Origin: Eledone cirrhosa
Taxonomy: Eukaryota
Length of the DNA: 64,000 bases
Assembly: GCA_964016885.1 (NCBI GenBank)
Contig: OZ024744.1
Coordinates: forward strand, 56,792,001-56,856,000
Direction: 5' to 3'
Shown: piece after piece, positions 18,001-35,800 of the stretch
How positions within the stretch are numbered: the first letter of the stretch is position 1
How the letters are laid out: every line of letters begins with the position of its first letter
Made by a program: the position numbers and the translations under genes
Notes under the pieces: generated by a model
Told to the model about the DNA's origin: nothing
What the model saw: the letters and a program-made list of their open reading frames with translations, nothing else
Databases searched by the model: none

Positions 18001-21000
18001 AACACTACCAACACTACCAACACTACCAACACTACCAACACTACCAACACTACCAACACTACCAACACCATCAACACTACCAACACTACCAACACTACCA
18101 ACACTACCAACACTACCAACACTACCAACACTACCAACACTACCAACACTACCAACACTACCCACACTATCAACACTACCAACACTACCAACACTACCAA
18201 CACTACTAACACTACCAACACTGCCAACACTACCAACACTGCCAACACTACCCACAATACCAACGCTACCAAAACTACCCACACTACCAACACTAACAAC
18301 ACTACCAACACTACCAACACTACCAACACTACCAACACTACCAACACTGCCAACACTACCCACAATACCAACACTACCAACACTACCCACACTACCAACA
18401 CTAACAACACTACCAACACTACCCACACTACCAACACTACCAACACTACCAACACTACCCACACTACCAACACTACCAACACTACCAACACTACCAACAC
18501 GACCAACACTTCCAATACTACCAACACTACCAACACTACCAACACGACCAACACTACCAACACTACCAACACTGTCAACACTACCAACACTACCAACACA
18601 ACCAACACTACCCACACTACCAACACTACCAACACTACCCACACTACCAACACTACCAACACTACCAACACTACCAACACTACCAACAGTACCCACACTA
18701 CCAACACTACCATCACTACCAACACTACCAACACTACCCACACTACCAACACTACCAACACTACCAACACTACCAACACTACCAACACTACCAACACTAC
18801 TAACACTACCAACACTACCAACACTATCAACACTACCAACACTACCAACACTACCAACACTACTAACACTACCAACACTACCAACACTACCAACACTACC
18901 AACACTACCAACACTACCAACATTATCAACACTACCAACACTACCAACACTGCCCACACTGCCAACACTACCAACACTACCAACACTACCAACACTACCA
19001 ACACTACCAACACTACCAACACTACCAACACCATCAACACTACCAACACTACCAACACTACCAACACTACCAACACTACCAACACTACCAACACTACCAA
19101 CACTACCAACACTACCAACACTACCCACACTATCAACACTACCAACACTACCAACACTACCAACACTACTAACACTACCAACACTGCCTACACTACCAAC
19201 ACTGCCAACACTACCCACAATACCAACACTACCAAAACTACCCACACTACCAACACTAACAACACTACCAACACTACCAACACTACGAACACTACCAACA
19301 CTACCAACACTGCCAACACTACACACAATACCAACACTACCAACACTACCCACACTACCAACACTAACAACACTACCAACACTACCCACACTACCAACAC
19401 TACCAACACTACCAACACTACCCACACTACCAACACTACCAACACTACCAACACTACCAACACGACCAACACTTCCAATACTACCAACACTACCAACACT
19501 ACCAACACGACCAACACTACCAACACTACCAACACTGTCAACACTACCAACACTACCAACACTACCCACACTACCAACACTACCAACACTACCAACACGA
19601 CCAACACTTCCAACACTACCAACACTACCAACACTACCAACACGACCAACACTACCAACACTACCAACACTACCAACACTGTCAACACTACCAACACTAC
19701 CAACACTACCAACACTACCAACACTACCAACACTACCAACACTACCCACACTACCAACACTACCAACACTACCAATGCTACGAACACTACCAACACTACC
19801 AACACTACCAACACTACCAACACTACCAACACTACCAACACTACAAACACTACCAACAGTACCAACAGTACCCACACTACCAACACTACCCACACTACCA
19901 ACACTACCAACACTATAAACACTACCAACACTACCAACACTACCCACACTACCAACACTGCCAACACTACACACAATACCAACACTACCAACACTACCAA
20001 CACTATCAACACTATCAACACTATCAACACTACCAACACTACCAACACTACCAACACTACCCACACTACCAACACTACCAACACTACCAACACTACCAAC
20101 ACTAACAACACTACCAACACTACCAACACTACCAACACTACCAACACTACCAACACTACCAACACTAACAACACTACCCACACTACCAACACTACCAACA
20201 CTACCAACACTACCCACACTACCAACACTACCAACACTACCCACACTACCCACACTACCAACACTACCAACACTACCAACACTACCAACACTACCAACAC
20301 TACCAACACTACCAACACTACCCACACTACCAACACTACCAACACTACCAACACTATCAACACTACCAACACTATCAAAACTAACAACACTACCCACACT
20401 ACCAACACTACCCACACTACCAACAGTACCCACACTACAAACACTACCAACACTACCAACACTATCAACACTACCAACACTATCAACACTACCAACACTA
20501 CTAACACTATCAACACTATCAACACTATTAACACTACCAACACTACCAACACTACCAACACTACCCACACTACCAACTCTACCAACACTACCAACACTAC
20601 CCACACTACCCACACTACCAACACTACCAACACTACCAACACTACCCACACTACCCACACTACCAACACTACCAACACTACCCACACTACCAACACTACC
20701 AACACTACCCACACTACCCACACTACCAACACTACCAACCCTACCAACACTACCAACACTACCAACACTACCAACACTACCAACACTACCCACACTACCA
20801 ACACTACCAACACTACCAACACTATCAACACTACCAACACTATCAACACTAACAACACTACCCACACTACCAACACTACCCACACTACCAACAGTACCCA
20901 CACTACCAACACTACCAACACTACCAACACTACCCACACTACCAACACTACCAACACTACCAACACTACCAACACTACCAACACTATCAACACTACCAAA

Positions 21001-21450
21001 ACTACCAACACTACAAACACTACCAACACTACCAACACTATCAACACTACCAACACTATCAACACTACCAACACTACTAACACTATCAACACTATCAACA
21101 CTATCAACACTACCAACACTACCAACACTACCAACACTACCCACACTACCAACTCTACCAACACTACCAACACTACCCACACTACCCACACTACCAACAC
21201 TACCAACACTACCAACACTACCCACACTACCCACACTACCCACACTACCAACACTACCAACACTACCAACACTACCACACTACCAACACTACCAACACTA
21301 CCAACACTACCAACACTACCAACACTACCAACACTACCAACACTACCCACACTACCCACACTACCAACACTACCAACACAACCAACACTACCAACATTAC
21401 CCACACTACCAACACTACCAACACTACCAACACTACCAACACTACCAACA
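12085..21450. repeat. Higher-order duplication, copy 2 of the block at 90-9130
   Basis: Same ordered markers as 90-9130, including the same 1-bp deletion followed by the same ACACAACCA and ACATTACCC variants. Confidence 0.9.
17680..19560. repeat. Second copy of the 954-bp tandem duplication, nested in the 12.3-kb duplicate
   Basis: ACCATC at 17755 and 18709 (spacing 954), each 12284 bp from its counterpart at 5471 and 6425. Confidence 0.85.
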
Positions 21451-22079
21451 CTACCAACACTACCCACACTACCCACACTACCAACACTACCAACACTACC
21501 AACACTACCAACACTACCAACAATACCCACACTACCAACACTACCCACACTACCCACACTACCAACACTACCAACACTACCAACACTACCAACACTACCA
21601 ACACTACCCACACTACCAACACTACCAACACTACCAACACTACCAACACTACCAATACTACCAACACTACCAACACTACCAACACTACCCACACTACCAA
21701 CACTACCAACACTACCAACACTACCCACACTACCAACAGTACCAACACTACCCACACTACCCACACTACCAACACTACCAACACAACCAACACTACCAGC
21801 ACTATCAACAGTACCAACACTACCAACACTACCAACACTACCAACACTACCAACACTACCAACAGTACCAACAGTACCCACACTACCAACACTACCAACA
21901 CTACCAACAGTACCCACACTACAAACACTACCAACACTACCCACACTACCCACACTACCAACACTACCAACACTACCAACACTACGAACACTACCCACAC
22001 TACCCACACTACCAACACTACCAACACTACGAACACTACCAACACTACACACACTACCAACACTACCAACACCACCAAC

Positions 22080-24400
22080 ACTACCAACACTACCAACACT
22101 ACCAACAGTACCCACACTACCAACACTACCATCACTACCAACACTACCAACACTACCCACACTACCAACACTACCAACACTACCAACACTACCCACACTA
22201 CCAACACTACCAACACTACCAACACTACCAACACTACCAACACTACCAACACTACCCACACTACCAACACTACCAACACTACCAACACTACCAACACTAC
22301 CAACACTACCAACACTACCAACACTACCAACACTACCCACACTACCCACACTACCAACACTACCAACACTACCAACACTACCAACACTACCAACACTACC
22401 AACACTACTAACACTACCAACACTAACAACACTACCAACACTACCAACACTACCAACACTACCAACACTACTAACACTACCAACACTACCAACACTACCA
22501 ACACTACCAACACTACCAACATTATCAACACTACCAACACTACCAACACTGCCCACACTGCCAACACTACCAACACTACCAACACTACCAACACTACCAA
22601 CACTACCAACACTACCAACACTACCAACACCATCAACACTACCAACACTACCAACACTACCAACACTACCAACACTACCAACACTACCAACACTACCAAC
22701 ACTACCAACACTACCCACACTATCAACACTACCAACACAACCAACACTACGAACACTACTAACACTACCAACACTGCCAACACTACCAACACTGCCAACA
22801 CTACCCACAATACCAACACTACCAAAACTACCCACACTACCAACACTAACAACACTACCAACACTACCAACACTACCAACACTACCAACACTACCAACAC
22901 TGCCAACACTACCCACAATACCAACACTACCAACACTACCCACACTACCAACACTAACAACACTACCAACACTACCCACACTACCAACACTACCAACACT
23001 ACCAACACTACCCACACTACCAACACTACCAACACTACCAACACTACCAACACGACCAACACTTCCAATACTACCAACACTACCAACACTACCAACACGA
23101 CCAACACTACCAACACTACCAACACTGTCAACACTACCAACACTACCAACACTACCCACACTACCAACACTACCAACACTACCAACACGACCAACACTTC
23201 CAACACTACCAACACTACCAACACTACGAACACGACCAACACTACCAACACTACCAACAATACCAACACTGTCAACACTACCAACACTACCAACACTACC
23301 CACACTACCAACACTACCAACACTACCAACACTACCAGCACTACCAACACTACTAACACTACCAACACTACCAACACTACCAACACTACTAACACTACCA
23401 ACACTACCAACACTACCCACACTACCAACACTACCAACACTACCAATGCTACGAACACTACCAACACTACCAACACTACCAACACTACCAACACTACCAA
23501 CACTACCAACACTACAAACACTACCAACAGTACCAACAGTACCCACACTACCAACACTACCCACACTACCAACACTACCAACACTATAAACACTACCAAC
23601 ACTACCAACACTACCCACACTACCAACATTGCAAACACTACACACAATACCAACACTACCAACACTACCAACACTATCAACACTATCAACACTATCAACA
23701 CTACCAACACTACCAACACTACCAACACTACCCACACTACCAACACTACCAACACTACCAACACTACCAACACTAACAACACTACCAACACTACCAACAC
23801 TACCAACACTACCAACACTACCAACACTACCAACACTACCAACACTAACAACACTACCCACACTACCAACACTACCAACACTACCAACACTACCCACACT
23901 ACCAACACTACCAACACTACCCACACTACCCACACTACCAACACTACCAACACTACCAACACTACCAACACTACCAACACTACCCACACTACCCACACTA
24001 CCCACACTACCAACACTACCAACACTATCAACACTACCAACACTACCAACACTACCAACACTATCAACACTACCAACACTACCAACACTACCAACACTAC
24101 CAACACTACCCACACTACCCACACTACCAACACTACCAACACTATCAACACTACCAACACTACCCACACTACCAACACTACCCACACTACCAACACTACC
24201 AACACTACCAACACTATCAACACTACCAACACTATCAACACTAACAACACTACCCACACTACCAACACTACCCACACTACCAACAGTACCCACCCTACAA
24301 ACACTACCAACACTACCAACACTATCAACACTATCAACACTATCAACACTACCAACACTACTAACACTATCAACACTATCAACACTATCAACACTACCAA
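22080..24400. repeat. Third, partial copy of the ~6.4-8.3 kb segment
   Basis: Contains ACCATC (~22128), ACATTATCA, AATGCTACGA (23445) and TATAA (23585) in the same order as 6425/7571/7711 and 18709/19774/19914. Confidence 0.75.
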
Positions 24401-25189
24401 CACTACCAACACTACCAACACTACCAACACTACCAACACTAACAACACTACCAACACTACCAACACTACCAACACTACCAACAGTACCCACACTACAAAC
24501 ACTACCAACACTACCCACACTACCCACACTACCAACACACCCAACACTATCAACACTACCAACACTACCAACACTACCAACACTACCAACACTACCAACA
24601 CTACCAACACTACCAACACTACCAACACTACCAACACTACCCACACTACCCACACTACCAACACTACCAACACTACCAACACTACCCACACTACCCACAC
24701 TACCCACACTACCAACACTACCAACACTACCAACACTACCCACACTACCAACACTACCAACACTACCAACACTACCAACACTACCAACACTACCAACACT
24801 ACCCACACTACCCACACTACCAACACTACCAACACTACCAACACTACCAACACTACCCACACTACCAACACTACCAACACTACCAACACTACCAACACTA
24901 CCAACACTACCAACACTACCAACACTACCCACACTACCCACACTACCAACACTACCAACACTACCAACACTACCAACACTACCAACAATACCCACACTAC
25001 CAACACTACCCACACTACCCACACTACCAACACTACCAACACTACCAACACTACCAACACTACCAACACTACCCACACTACCAACACTACCAACACTACC
25101 AACACTACCAACACTACCAACACTACCAACACTACCAACACTACCAACACTACCAACACTACCAACACTACCCACACTACCAACACTAC

Positions 25190-26600
25190 CCACACTACCC
25201 ACACTACCAACACGACCAACACTACCAACACTACCAGCACTATCAACACTACCAACACTACCAACACTACCAACACTACCAACACTACCAACACTACCAA
25301 CAGTAACAACAGTACCCACACTACCAACACTACCAACACTACCAACACTACCAATACTACCAACACTAACAACACTACCAACACTACCAACACTACAAAC
25401 ACTACCAACACTACTAACACTATCAACACTACCAACACTACCAACACTACCAACACTACCCACACTACCAACACTACCAACACTACCAACACTACCAACA
25501 CTACCAACACTAACAACACTACCAACACTACCAATACTACCAACACTACCCACACTACCAACACTACCAACACTACCAACACTACCAACACTACCCACAC
25601 TACCCACACTACCCACACTACCAACACTGCCAACACTACCAACACTACCAACACTACCAACACTACCAACACTACCAACACTACCAACACTACCAACACT
25701 ACCAACACTACCAACACTACCAACACTACCAACACTACCAACACTACCAACACTACCAACACTACCCACACTACCAACACTACCAACACTACCCGCAATA
25801 CCAACACTACCAACACTACCAACACTACCCACACTACCAACACTAACAACACTACCCACAATACCAACACTACCAACACTACCAACACTACCAACACTAC
25901 CAACACTACCAACATTACCAACACTACCCACACTACCCACACTACCAACACGACCAACACTACCAACACTACCAGCACTATCAACACTACCAACACTACC
26001 AACACTACCAACACTACCAACACTACCAACACTACCAACAGTAACAACAGTACCCACACTACCAACACTACCAACACTACCAACACTACCAATACTACCA
26101 ACACTAACAACACTACCAACACTACCAACACTACAAACACTACCAACACTACTAACACTATCAACACTACCAACACTACCAACACTACCAACACTACCCA
26201 CACTACCAACACTACCAACACTACCAACACTACCAACACTACCAACACTAACAACACTACCAACACTACCAATACTACCAACACTACCCACACTACCAAC
26301 ACTACCAACACTACCAACACTACCAACACTACCCACACTACCCACACTACCCACACTACCAACACTACCAACACTACCAACACTACCCACACTACCAACA
26401 CTACCAACACTACCAACACTACCAACACTACCAACACTACCAACACTACCAACACTACCAACACTACCAACACTACCAACACTACCAACACTACCCACAC
26501 TACCAACACTACCAACACTACCCGCAATACCAACACTACCAACACTACCAACACTACCCACACTACCAACACTAACAACACTACCCACAATACCAACACT
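25190..26600. repeat. Direct tandem duplication, period ~738 bp (82 monomers)
   Basis: AGCACTATC 25236/25974, CAGTAACAACAGT 25301/26039, ACCCGCAAT 25791/26520. Confidence 0.85.
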
Positions 26601-26849
26601 AACAACACTACCCGCAATACCAACACTACCAACACTACCAACACTACCCACACTACCAACACTATCAACACTACCAACACTACCAACACTACCAACACTA
26701 CCAACACTACCAACACTACCCACACTACCAACACTACCAACACTACCAACACTACCAACACTACCAACATTACCAACACTACCCACATTACCAACATTAC
26801 CAACACTACCCACACTACCAACACTACCAACACTACCCACACTACCAAC

Positions 26850-29800
26850 ACTATGAACACTATGAACACTATCAACACTACCAACACTATCAACACTATG
26901 AACACTATCAATACTACCAACACTACCAACACTACCAACACTACCAACACTACCAACACTATCAACACTATGAACACTATCAACACTATCAACACTACCT
27001 ACACTACTAACACTATCAACACTACCAACACTACCAACACTACCCACACTACCAACACTACCAACACTACCCACACTACCAACACTATCAACACTATGAA
27101 CACTACCAACACTACTAACACTATCAACACTTCCAACACTACCAACACTACCCACACTACCAACACTACCAACACTACCCACACTACCAACACTACCAAC
27201 ACTATCAGCAATACCAACACTACCAACACTGCCAACACTACCCACACTACCAACACTACCAACACTACCAACACTACCAACACTACCAACACTACCAACA
27301 CTACCAACACTACCAACACTACCAACACTACCCACACTACCAACACAACCAACACTACCAACAGTACCCACACTACCAAAACTACCATCACTACCAACAC
27401 TACCAACACTACCCACACTACCAACACTACCAACACTACCAACACTACCAACACTACCAACACTACTAACACTACCAACACTACCAACACTACCAACACT
27501 ACCAACACTACCAACACTACCAACACTAACAACACTACCAACACTACCAACACTACCAACACTACCAACATTATCAACACTACCAACACTACCAACACTG
27601 CCCACACTGCCAACACTACCAACACTACCAACACTACCAACACTACCAACACTACCAACACGACCAACACTACCAACACTACCCACACCATCAACACTAC
27701 CAACACTACCAACGCTACCAACACTACCAACACTACCAACACTACCAACACTACCAACACTACCAACACTACCCACACTACCCACACTACCCACACTACC
27801 AACACTACCAACACTACCAACACTACCAACACTACCAACACTACCAACACTACCAACACTACCCACACTACCAACGCTGCCAACACTACCCACAATACCA
27901 ACACTACCAACACTACCAACACTACCAACACTACCAACACTACCCACACTACCAACACTAACAACACTACCAACACTACCCACACTACCAACACTACCAA
28001 CACTACCAACACTACCCACACTACCAACACTACCAACACTACCCACACTACCAACACTATCAACACTATGAACACTATCAACACTACCAACACTATCAAC
28101 ACTATGAACACTATCAATACTACCAACACTACCAACACTACCAACACTACCAACACTATCAACACTATGAACACTATCAACACTATGAACACTACCTACA
28201 CTACTAACACTATCAACACTACCAACACTACCAACACTACCCACACTACCAACACTACCAACACTACCCACACTACCAACACTATCAACACTATGAACAC
28301 TACCAACACTACTAACACTATCAACACTTCCAACACTACCAACACTACCCACACTACCAACACTACCAACACTACCCACACTACCAACACTACCAACACT
28401 ATCAGCAATACCAACACTACCAACACTGCCAACACTACCCACACTACCAACACTACCAACACTACCAACACTACCAACACTACCAACACTACCAACACTA
28501 CCAACACTACCAACACTACCAACACTACCAACACTACCAACACTACCCACACTACCAACACTACCAACACTACCAACAGTACCCACACTACCAAAACTAC
28601 CATCACTACCAACACTACCAACACTACCCACACTACCAACACTACCAACACTACCAACACTACCAACACTACCAACACTACCAACACTACCAACACTACC
28701 CACACTACCAACACTACCAACACTACCAACACTACCAACACTACCCACACTACCCACACTACCCACACTACCAACACTACCAACACTACCAACACTACCC
28801 ACACTACCAACACTACCAACACTACCAACACTACCAACACTACCAACACTACCAACACTACCAACACTACCAACACTACCAACACGACCAACACTACCAA
28901 CACTACCAACATTATCAACACTACCAACACTACCAACACTGCCCACACTGCCAACACTACCAACACTAGCAACACTACCAACACTACCAACACTACCAAC
29001 ACTACCCACGCTACCAACACTACCAACACTACCCACACTACCCACACTACCAACACTACCAACACTACCAACACTACCAACACTACCAACACTACCAACA
29101 CTACCAACACTACCCACACTACCAACACTACCAACACTACCAACACTATCAACACTACCAACACTATCAACACTAACAACACTACCCACACTACCAACAC
29201 TACCCACACTACCAACAGTACCCACACTACAAACACTACCAACACTACCAACATGACCAACACTACCCACATTACCAACACTACCAACACTACCCACACT
29301 ACCAACACTACCAACACTACCCACACTACCAACACTATCAACACTATGAACACTATCAACACTACCAACACTATCAACACTATGAACACTATCAATACTA
29401 CCAACACTACCAACACTACCAACACTACCAACACTATCAACACTATGAACACTATCAACACTATGAACACTACCTACACTACTAACACTATCAACACTAC
29501 CAACACTACCAACACTACCCACACTACCAACACTACCAACACTACCCACACTACCAACACTATCAACACTATGAACACTACCAACACTTCTAACACTATC
29601 AACACTTCCAACACTACCAACACTACCCACACTACCAACACTACCAACACTACCCACACTACCAACACTACCAACACTATCAGCAATACCAACACTACCA
29701 ACACTGCCAACACTACCCACACTACCAACACTACCAACACTACCAACACTACCAACACTACCAACACTACCAACACTACCAACACTACCAACACTACCAA

Positions 29801-32800
29801 CACTACCAACACTACCCACACTACCAACACTACCAACACTACCAACAGTACCCACACTACCAAAACTACCATCACTACCAACACTACCAACACTACCCAC
29901 ACTACCAACACTACCTACACTACCAACACTACCAACACTACCAACACTACTAACACTACCAACACTACCAACACTACCAACACTACCAACACTACCAACA
30001 CTACCAACACTACTAACACTACCAACACTACCAACACTACCAACACTACCAACACTACCAACATTATCAACACTACCAACACTACCAACACTGCCCACAC
30101 TGCCAACACTACCAAAACTACCAACACTACCAACACTACCAACACTACCAACACTACCAACACTACCAACACTACCCACACCATCAACACTACCAACACT
30201 ACCAACGCTACCAACACTACCAACACTACCAACACTACCAACACTACCAACACTACCCACACTATCAACACTACCAACACTACCAACACTACCCACACTA
30301 CCAACGCTGCCAACACTACCCACAATACCAACACTACCAACACTACCAACACTACCAACACTACCAACACTACCAACACTACCAACACGACCAACACTTC
30401 CAACACTACCAACACTACCAACACTACCAACACGACCAACACTACCAACACTACCAACACTACCAACACTGTCAACACTACCAACACTACCAACACTACC
30501 CACACTACCAACACTACCAACACGACCAACACTACCAACACTACCAACATTATCAACACTACCAACACTACCAACACTGCCCACACTGCCAACACTACCA
30601 ACACTAGCAACACTACCAACACTACCAACACTACCAACACTACCCACACTACCAACACTACCAACACTACCCACACTACCAACACTACCAACACTACCAA
30701 CACTACCAACACTACCAACACTACCAACACTACCAACACTACCAACACTACCAACACTACCAACACTACCCACACTACCAACACAACCAACACTACCAAC
30801 AGTACCCACACTACCAAAACTACCATCACTACCAACACTACCAACACTACCCACACTACCAACACTACCAACACTACCAACACTACCAACACTACCAACA
30901 CTACTAACACTACCAACACTACCAACACTACCAACACTACCAACACTACCAACACTACCAACACTAACAACACTACCAACACTACCAACACTACCAACAC
31001 TACCAACATTATCAACACTACCAACACTACCAACACTGCCCACACTGCCAACACTACCAACACTACCAACACTACCAACACTACCAACACTACCAACACG
31101 ACCAACACTACCAACACTACCCACACCATCAACACTACCAACACTACCAACGCTACCAACACTACCAACACTACCAACACTACCAACACTACCAACACTA
31201 CCAACACTACCAACACTACCCACACTACCCACACTACCCACACTACCAACACTACCAACACTACCAACACTACCAACACTACCAACACTACCAACACTAC
31301 CAACACTACCCACACTACCAACGCTGCCAACACTACCCACAATACCAACACTACCAACACTACCAACACTACCAACACTACCAACACTACCCACACTACC
31401 AACACTAACAACACTACCAACACTACCCACACTACCAACACTACCAACACTACCAACACTACCCACACTACCAACACTACCAACACTACCCACACTACCA
31501 ACACTATCAACACTATGAACACTATCAACACTACCAACACTATCAACACTATGAACACTATCAATACTACCAACACTACCAACACTACCAACACTACCAA
31601 CACTATCAACACTATGAACACTATCAACACTATGAACACTACCTACACTACTAACACTATCAACACTACCAACACTACCAACACTACCCACACTACCAAC
31701 ACTACCAACACTACCCACACTACCAACACTATCAACACTATGAACACTACCAACACTACTAACACTATCAACACTTCCAACACTACCAACACTACCCACA
31801 CTACCAACACTACCAACACTACCCACACTACCAACACTACCAACACTATCAGCAATACCAACACTACCAACACTGCCAACACTACCCACACTACCAACAC
31901 TACCAACACTACCAACACTACCAACACTACCAACACTACCAACACTACCAACACTACCAACACTACCAACACTACCAACACTACCCACACTACCAACACT
32001 ACCAACACTACCAACAGTACCCACACTACCAAAACTACCATCATACCAACACTACCAACACTACCCACACTACCAACACTACCAACACTACCAACACTAC
32101 CAACACTACCAACACTACCAACACTACCAACACTACCCACACTACCAACACTACCAACACTACCAACACTACCAACACTACCCACACTACCCACACTACC
32201 CACACTAGCAACACTACCAACACTACCAACACTACCCACACTACCAACACTACCAACACTACCAACACTACCAACACTACCAACACTACCAACACTACCA
32301 ACACTACCAACACTACCAACACGACCAACACTACCAACACTACCAACATTATCAACACTACCAACACTACCAACACTGCCCACACTGCCAACACTACCAA
32401 CACTAGCAACACTACCAACACTACCAACACTACCAACACTACCCACGCTACCAACACTACCAACACTACCCACACTACCCACACTACCAACACTACCAAC
32501 ACTACCAACACTACCAACACTACCAACACTACCAACACTACCAACACTACCCACACTACCAACACTACCAACACTACCAACACTATCAACACTACCAACA
32601 CTATCAACACTAACAACACTACCCACACTACCAACACTACCCACACTACCAACAGTACCCACACTACAAACACTACCAACACTACCAACATGACCAACAC
32701 TACCCACATTACCAACACTACCAACACTACCCACACTACCAACACTACCAACACTACCCACACTACCAACACTATCAACACTATGAACACTATCAACACT

Positions 32801-35800
32801 ACCAACACTATCAACACTATGAACACTATCAATACTACCAACACTACCAACACTACCAACACTACCAACACTATCAACACTATGAACACTATCAACACTA
32901 TGAACACTACCTACACTACTAACACTATCAACACTACCAACACTACCAACACTACCCACACTACCAACACTACCAACACTACCCACACTACCAACACTAT
33001 CAACACTATGAACACTACCAACACTTCTAACACTATCAACACTTCCAACACTACCAACACTACCCACACTACCAACACTACCAACACTACCCACACTACC
33101 AACACTACCAACACTATCAGCAATACCAACACTACCAACACTGCCAACACTACCCACACTACCAACACTACCAACACTACCAACACTACCAACACTACCA
33201 ACACTACCAACACTACCAACACTACCAACACTACCAACACTACCAACACTACCCACACTACCAACACTACCAACACTACCAACAGTACCCACACTACCAA
33301 AACTACCATCACTACCAACACTACCAACACTACCCACACTACCAACACTACCTACACTACCAACACTACCAACACTACCAACACTACTAACACTACCAAC
33401 ACTACCAACACTACCAACACTACCAACACTACCAACACTACCAACACTACTAACACTACCAACACTACCAACACTACCAACACTACCAACACTACCAACA
33501 TTATCAACACTACCAACACTACCAACACTGCCCACACTGCCAACACTACCAAAACTACCAACACTACCAACACTACCAACACTACCAACACTACCAACAC
33601 TACCAACACTACCCACACCATCAACACTACCAACACTACCAACGCTACCAACACTACCAACACTACCAACACTACCAACACTACCAACACTACCCACACT
33701 ATCAACACTACCAACACTACCAACACTACCCACACTACCAACGCTGCCAACACTACCCACAATACCAACACTACCAACACTACCAACACTACCAACACTA
33801 CCAACACTACCCACACTACCAACACTAACAACACTACCAACACTACCCACACTACCAACACTACCAACACTACCAACACTACCCACACTACCAACACTAC
33901 CAACACTACCAACACTACCAACACGACCAACACTTCCAACACTACCAACACTACCAACACTACCAACACGACCAACACTACCAACACTACCAACACTACC
34001 AACACTGTCAACACTACCAACACTACCAACACTACCCACACTACCAACACTACCAACACGACCAACACTACCAACACTACCAACATTATCAACACTACCA
34101 ACACTACCAACACTGCCCACACTGCCAACACTACCAACACTAGCAACACTACCAACACTACCAACACTACCAACACTACCCACACTACCAACACTACCAA
34201 CACTACCCACACTACCCACACTACCAACACTACCAACACTACCAACACTACCAACACTACCAACACTACCAACACTACCAACACTACCCACACTACCAAC
34301 ACTACCAACACTACCAACACTACCAACACTATCAACACTACCAACACTATCAACACTAACAACACTACCGACACTACCAACACTACCCACACTACCAACA
34401 GTACCCACACTACAAACACTACCAACACTACCAACACTATCAACACTACCAACACTATCAACACTACCAACACTACTAACACTATCAACACTATCAACAC
34501 TATCAACACTACCAACACTACCAACACTACCAACACTACCAACACTACCAACACTAACAACACTACCAACACTACCAACACTACCAACACTACCAACAGT
34601 ACCCACACTACAAACACTACCAACACTACCCACACTACCCACACTACCAACACTACCAACACTATCAACACTACCAACACTACCAACACTACCAACACTA
34701 CCAACACTACCAACACTACCAACACTACCAACACTAGCAACACTACCAACACTACCCACACTACCCACACTACCAACACTACCAACACTACCAACACTAC
34801 CCACACTACCCACACTACCCACACTACCAACACTACCAACACTACCAACACTACCCACACTACCAACACTACCAACACTACCAACACTACTAACACTACC
34901 AACACTACCAACACTACCAACACTACCAACACTACTAACACTACCAACACTACCAACACTACCAACACTACCAACACTATCAACACTACCCACACTACCA
35001 ACACTACCAACACTACCAACACTACTAATACTACCAACACTATCAACACTACCAACACAATCAACACTACCAACACTACCAACACTACCAACACTACCAA
35101 CACTATCAACACTACCAACACCAACAACACTACCAACACTATCAACACTATCAACACTACCAACACTATCAACACTACCAACACTACTAATAGTACCAAC
35201 ATTACCAACACTACCAACACTACCAACACTACCAACACTATCAACACTATCAACACTACCAACACTACTAATACTACCAACACTACCAACACTACCAACA
35301 CTACCAACACTACTAATACTACCAACACTACCAACACTAGCAACACTATCAACACTACCAACACTACCAACACTACCAACACTACCAACACTACCAACAC
35401 TACTAATACTACCAACACTATCAACACTACCAACACAATCAACACTAGCAACACTACCAACACTACCAACACTACCAACACTATCAACACTACCAACACT
35501 ACCAACACTACCAACACTACCAACACTATCAACACTACCAACACTATCAACACTAACAACACTACTAATAGTACCAACATTACCAACACTACCAACACTA
35601 CCAACACTACCAACACTATCAACACTATCAACACTACCAACACTACTAATACTACCAACACTACCAACACTACCAACACTACCAACACTACCAACACTAC
35701 CAACACTACCAACACTACTAACACTACCAACACTATCAACACTACCAACACTACCAACACTACCAACACTACCAACACTACCAACACTACTAACACTACC

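Noticed and set aside
7711-23590. TATAAA at 7711, 10293, 19914 and 23585 as TATA boxes
   Set aside because: It is the double-variant monomer ACACTATAA copied with its block, with no downstream gene or other promoter context.
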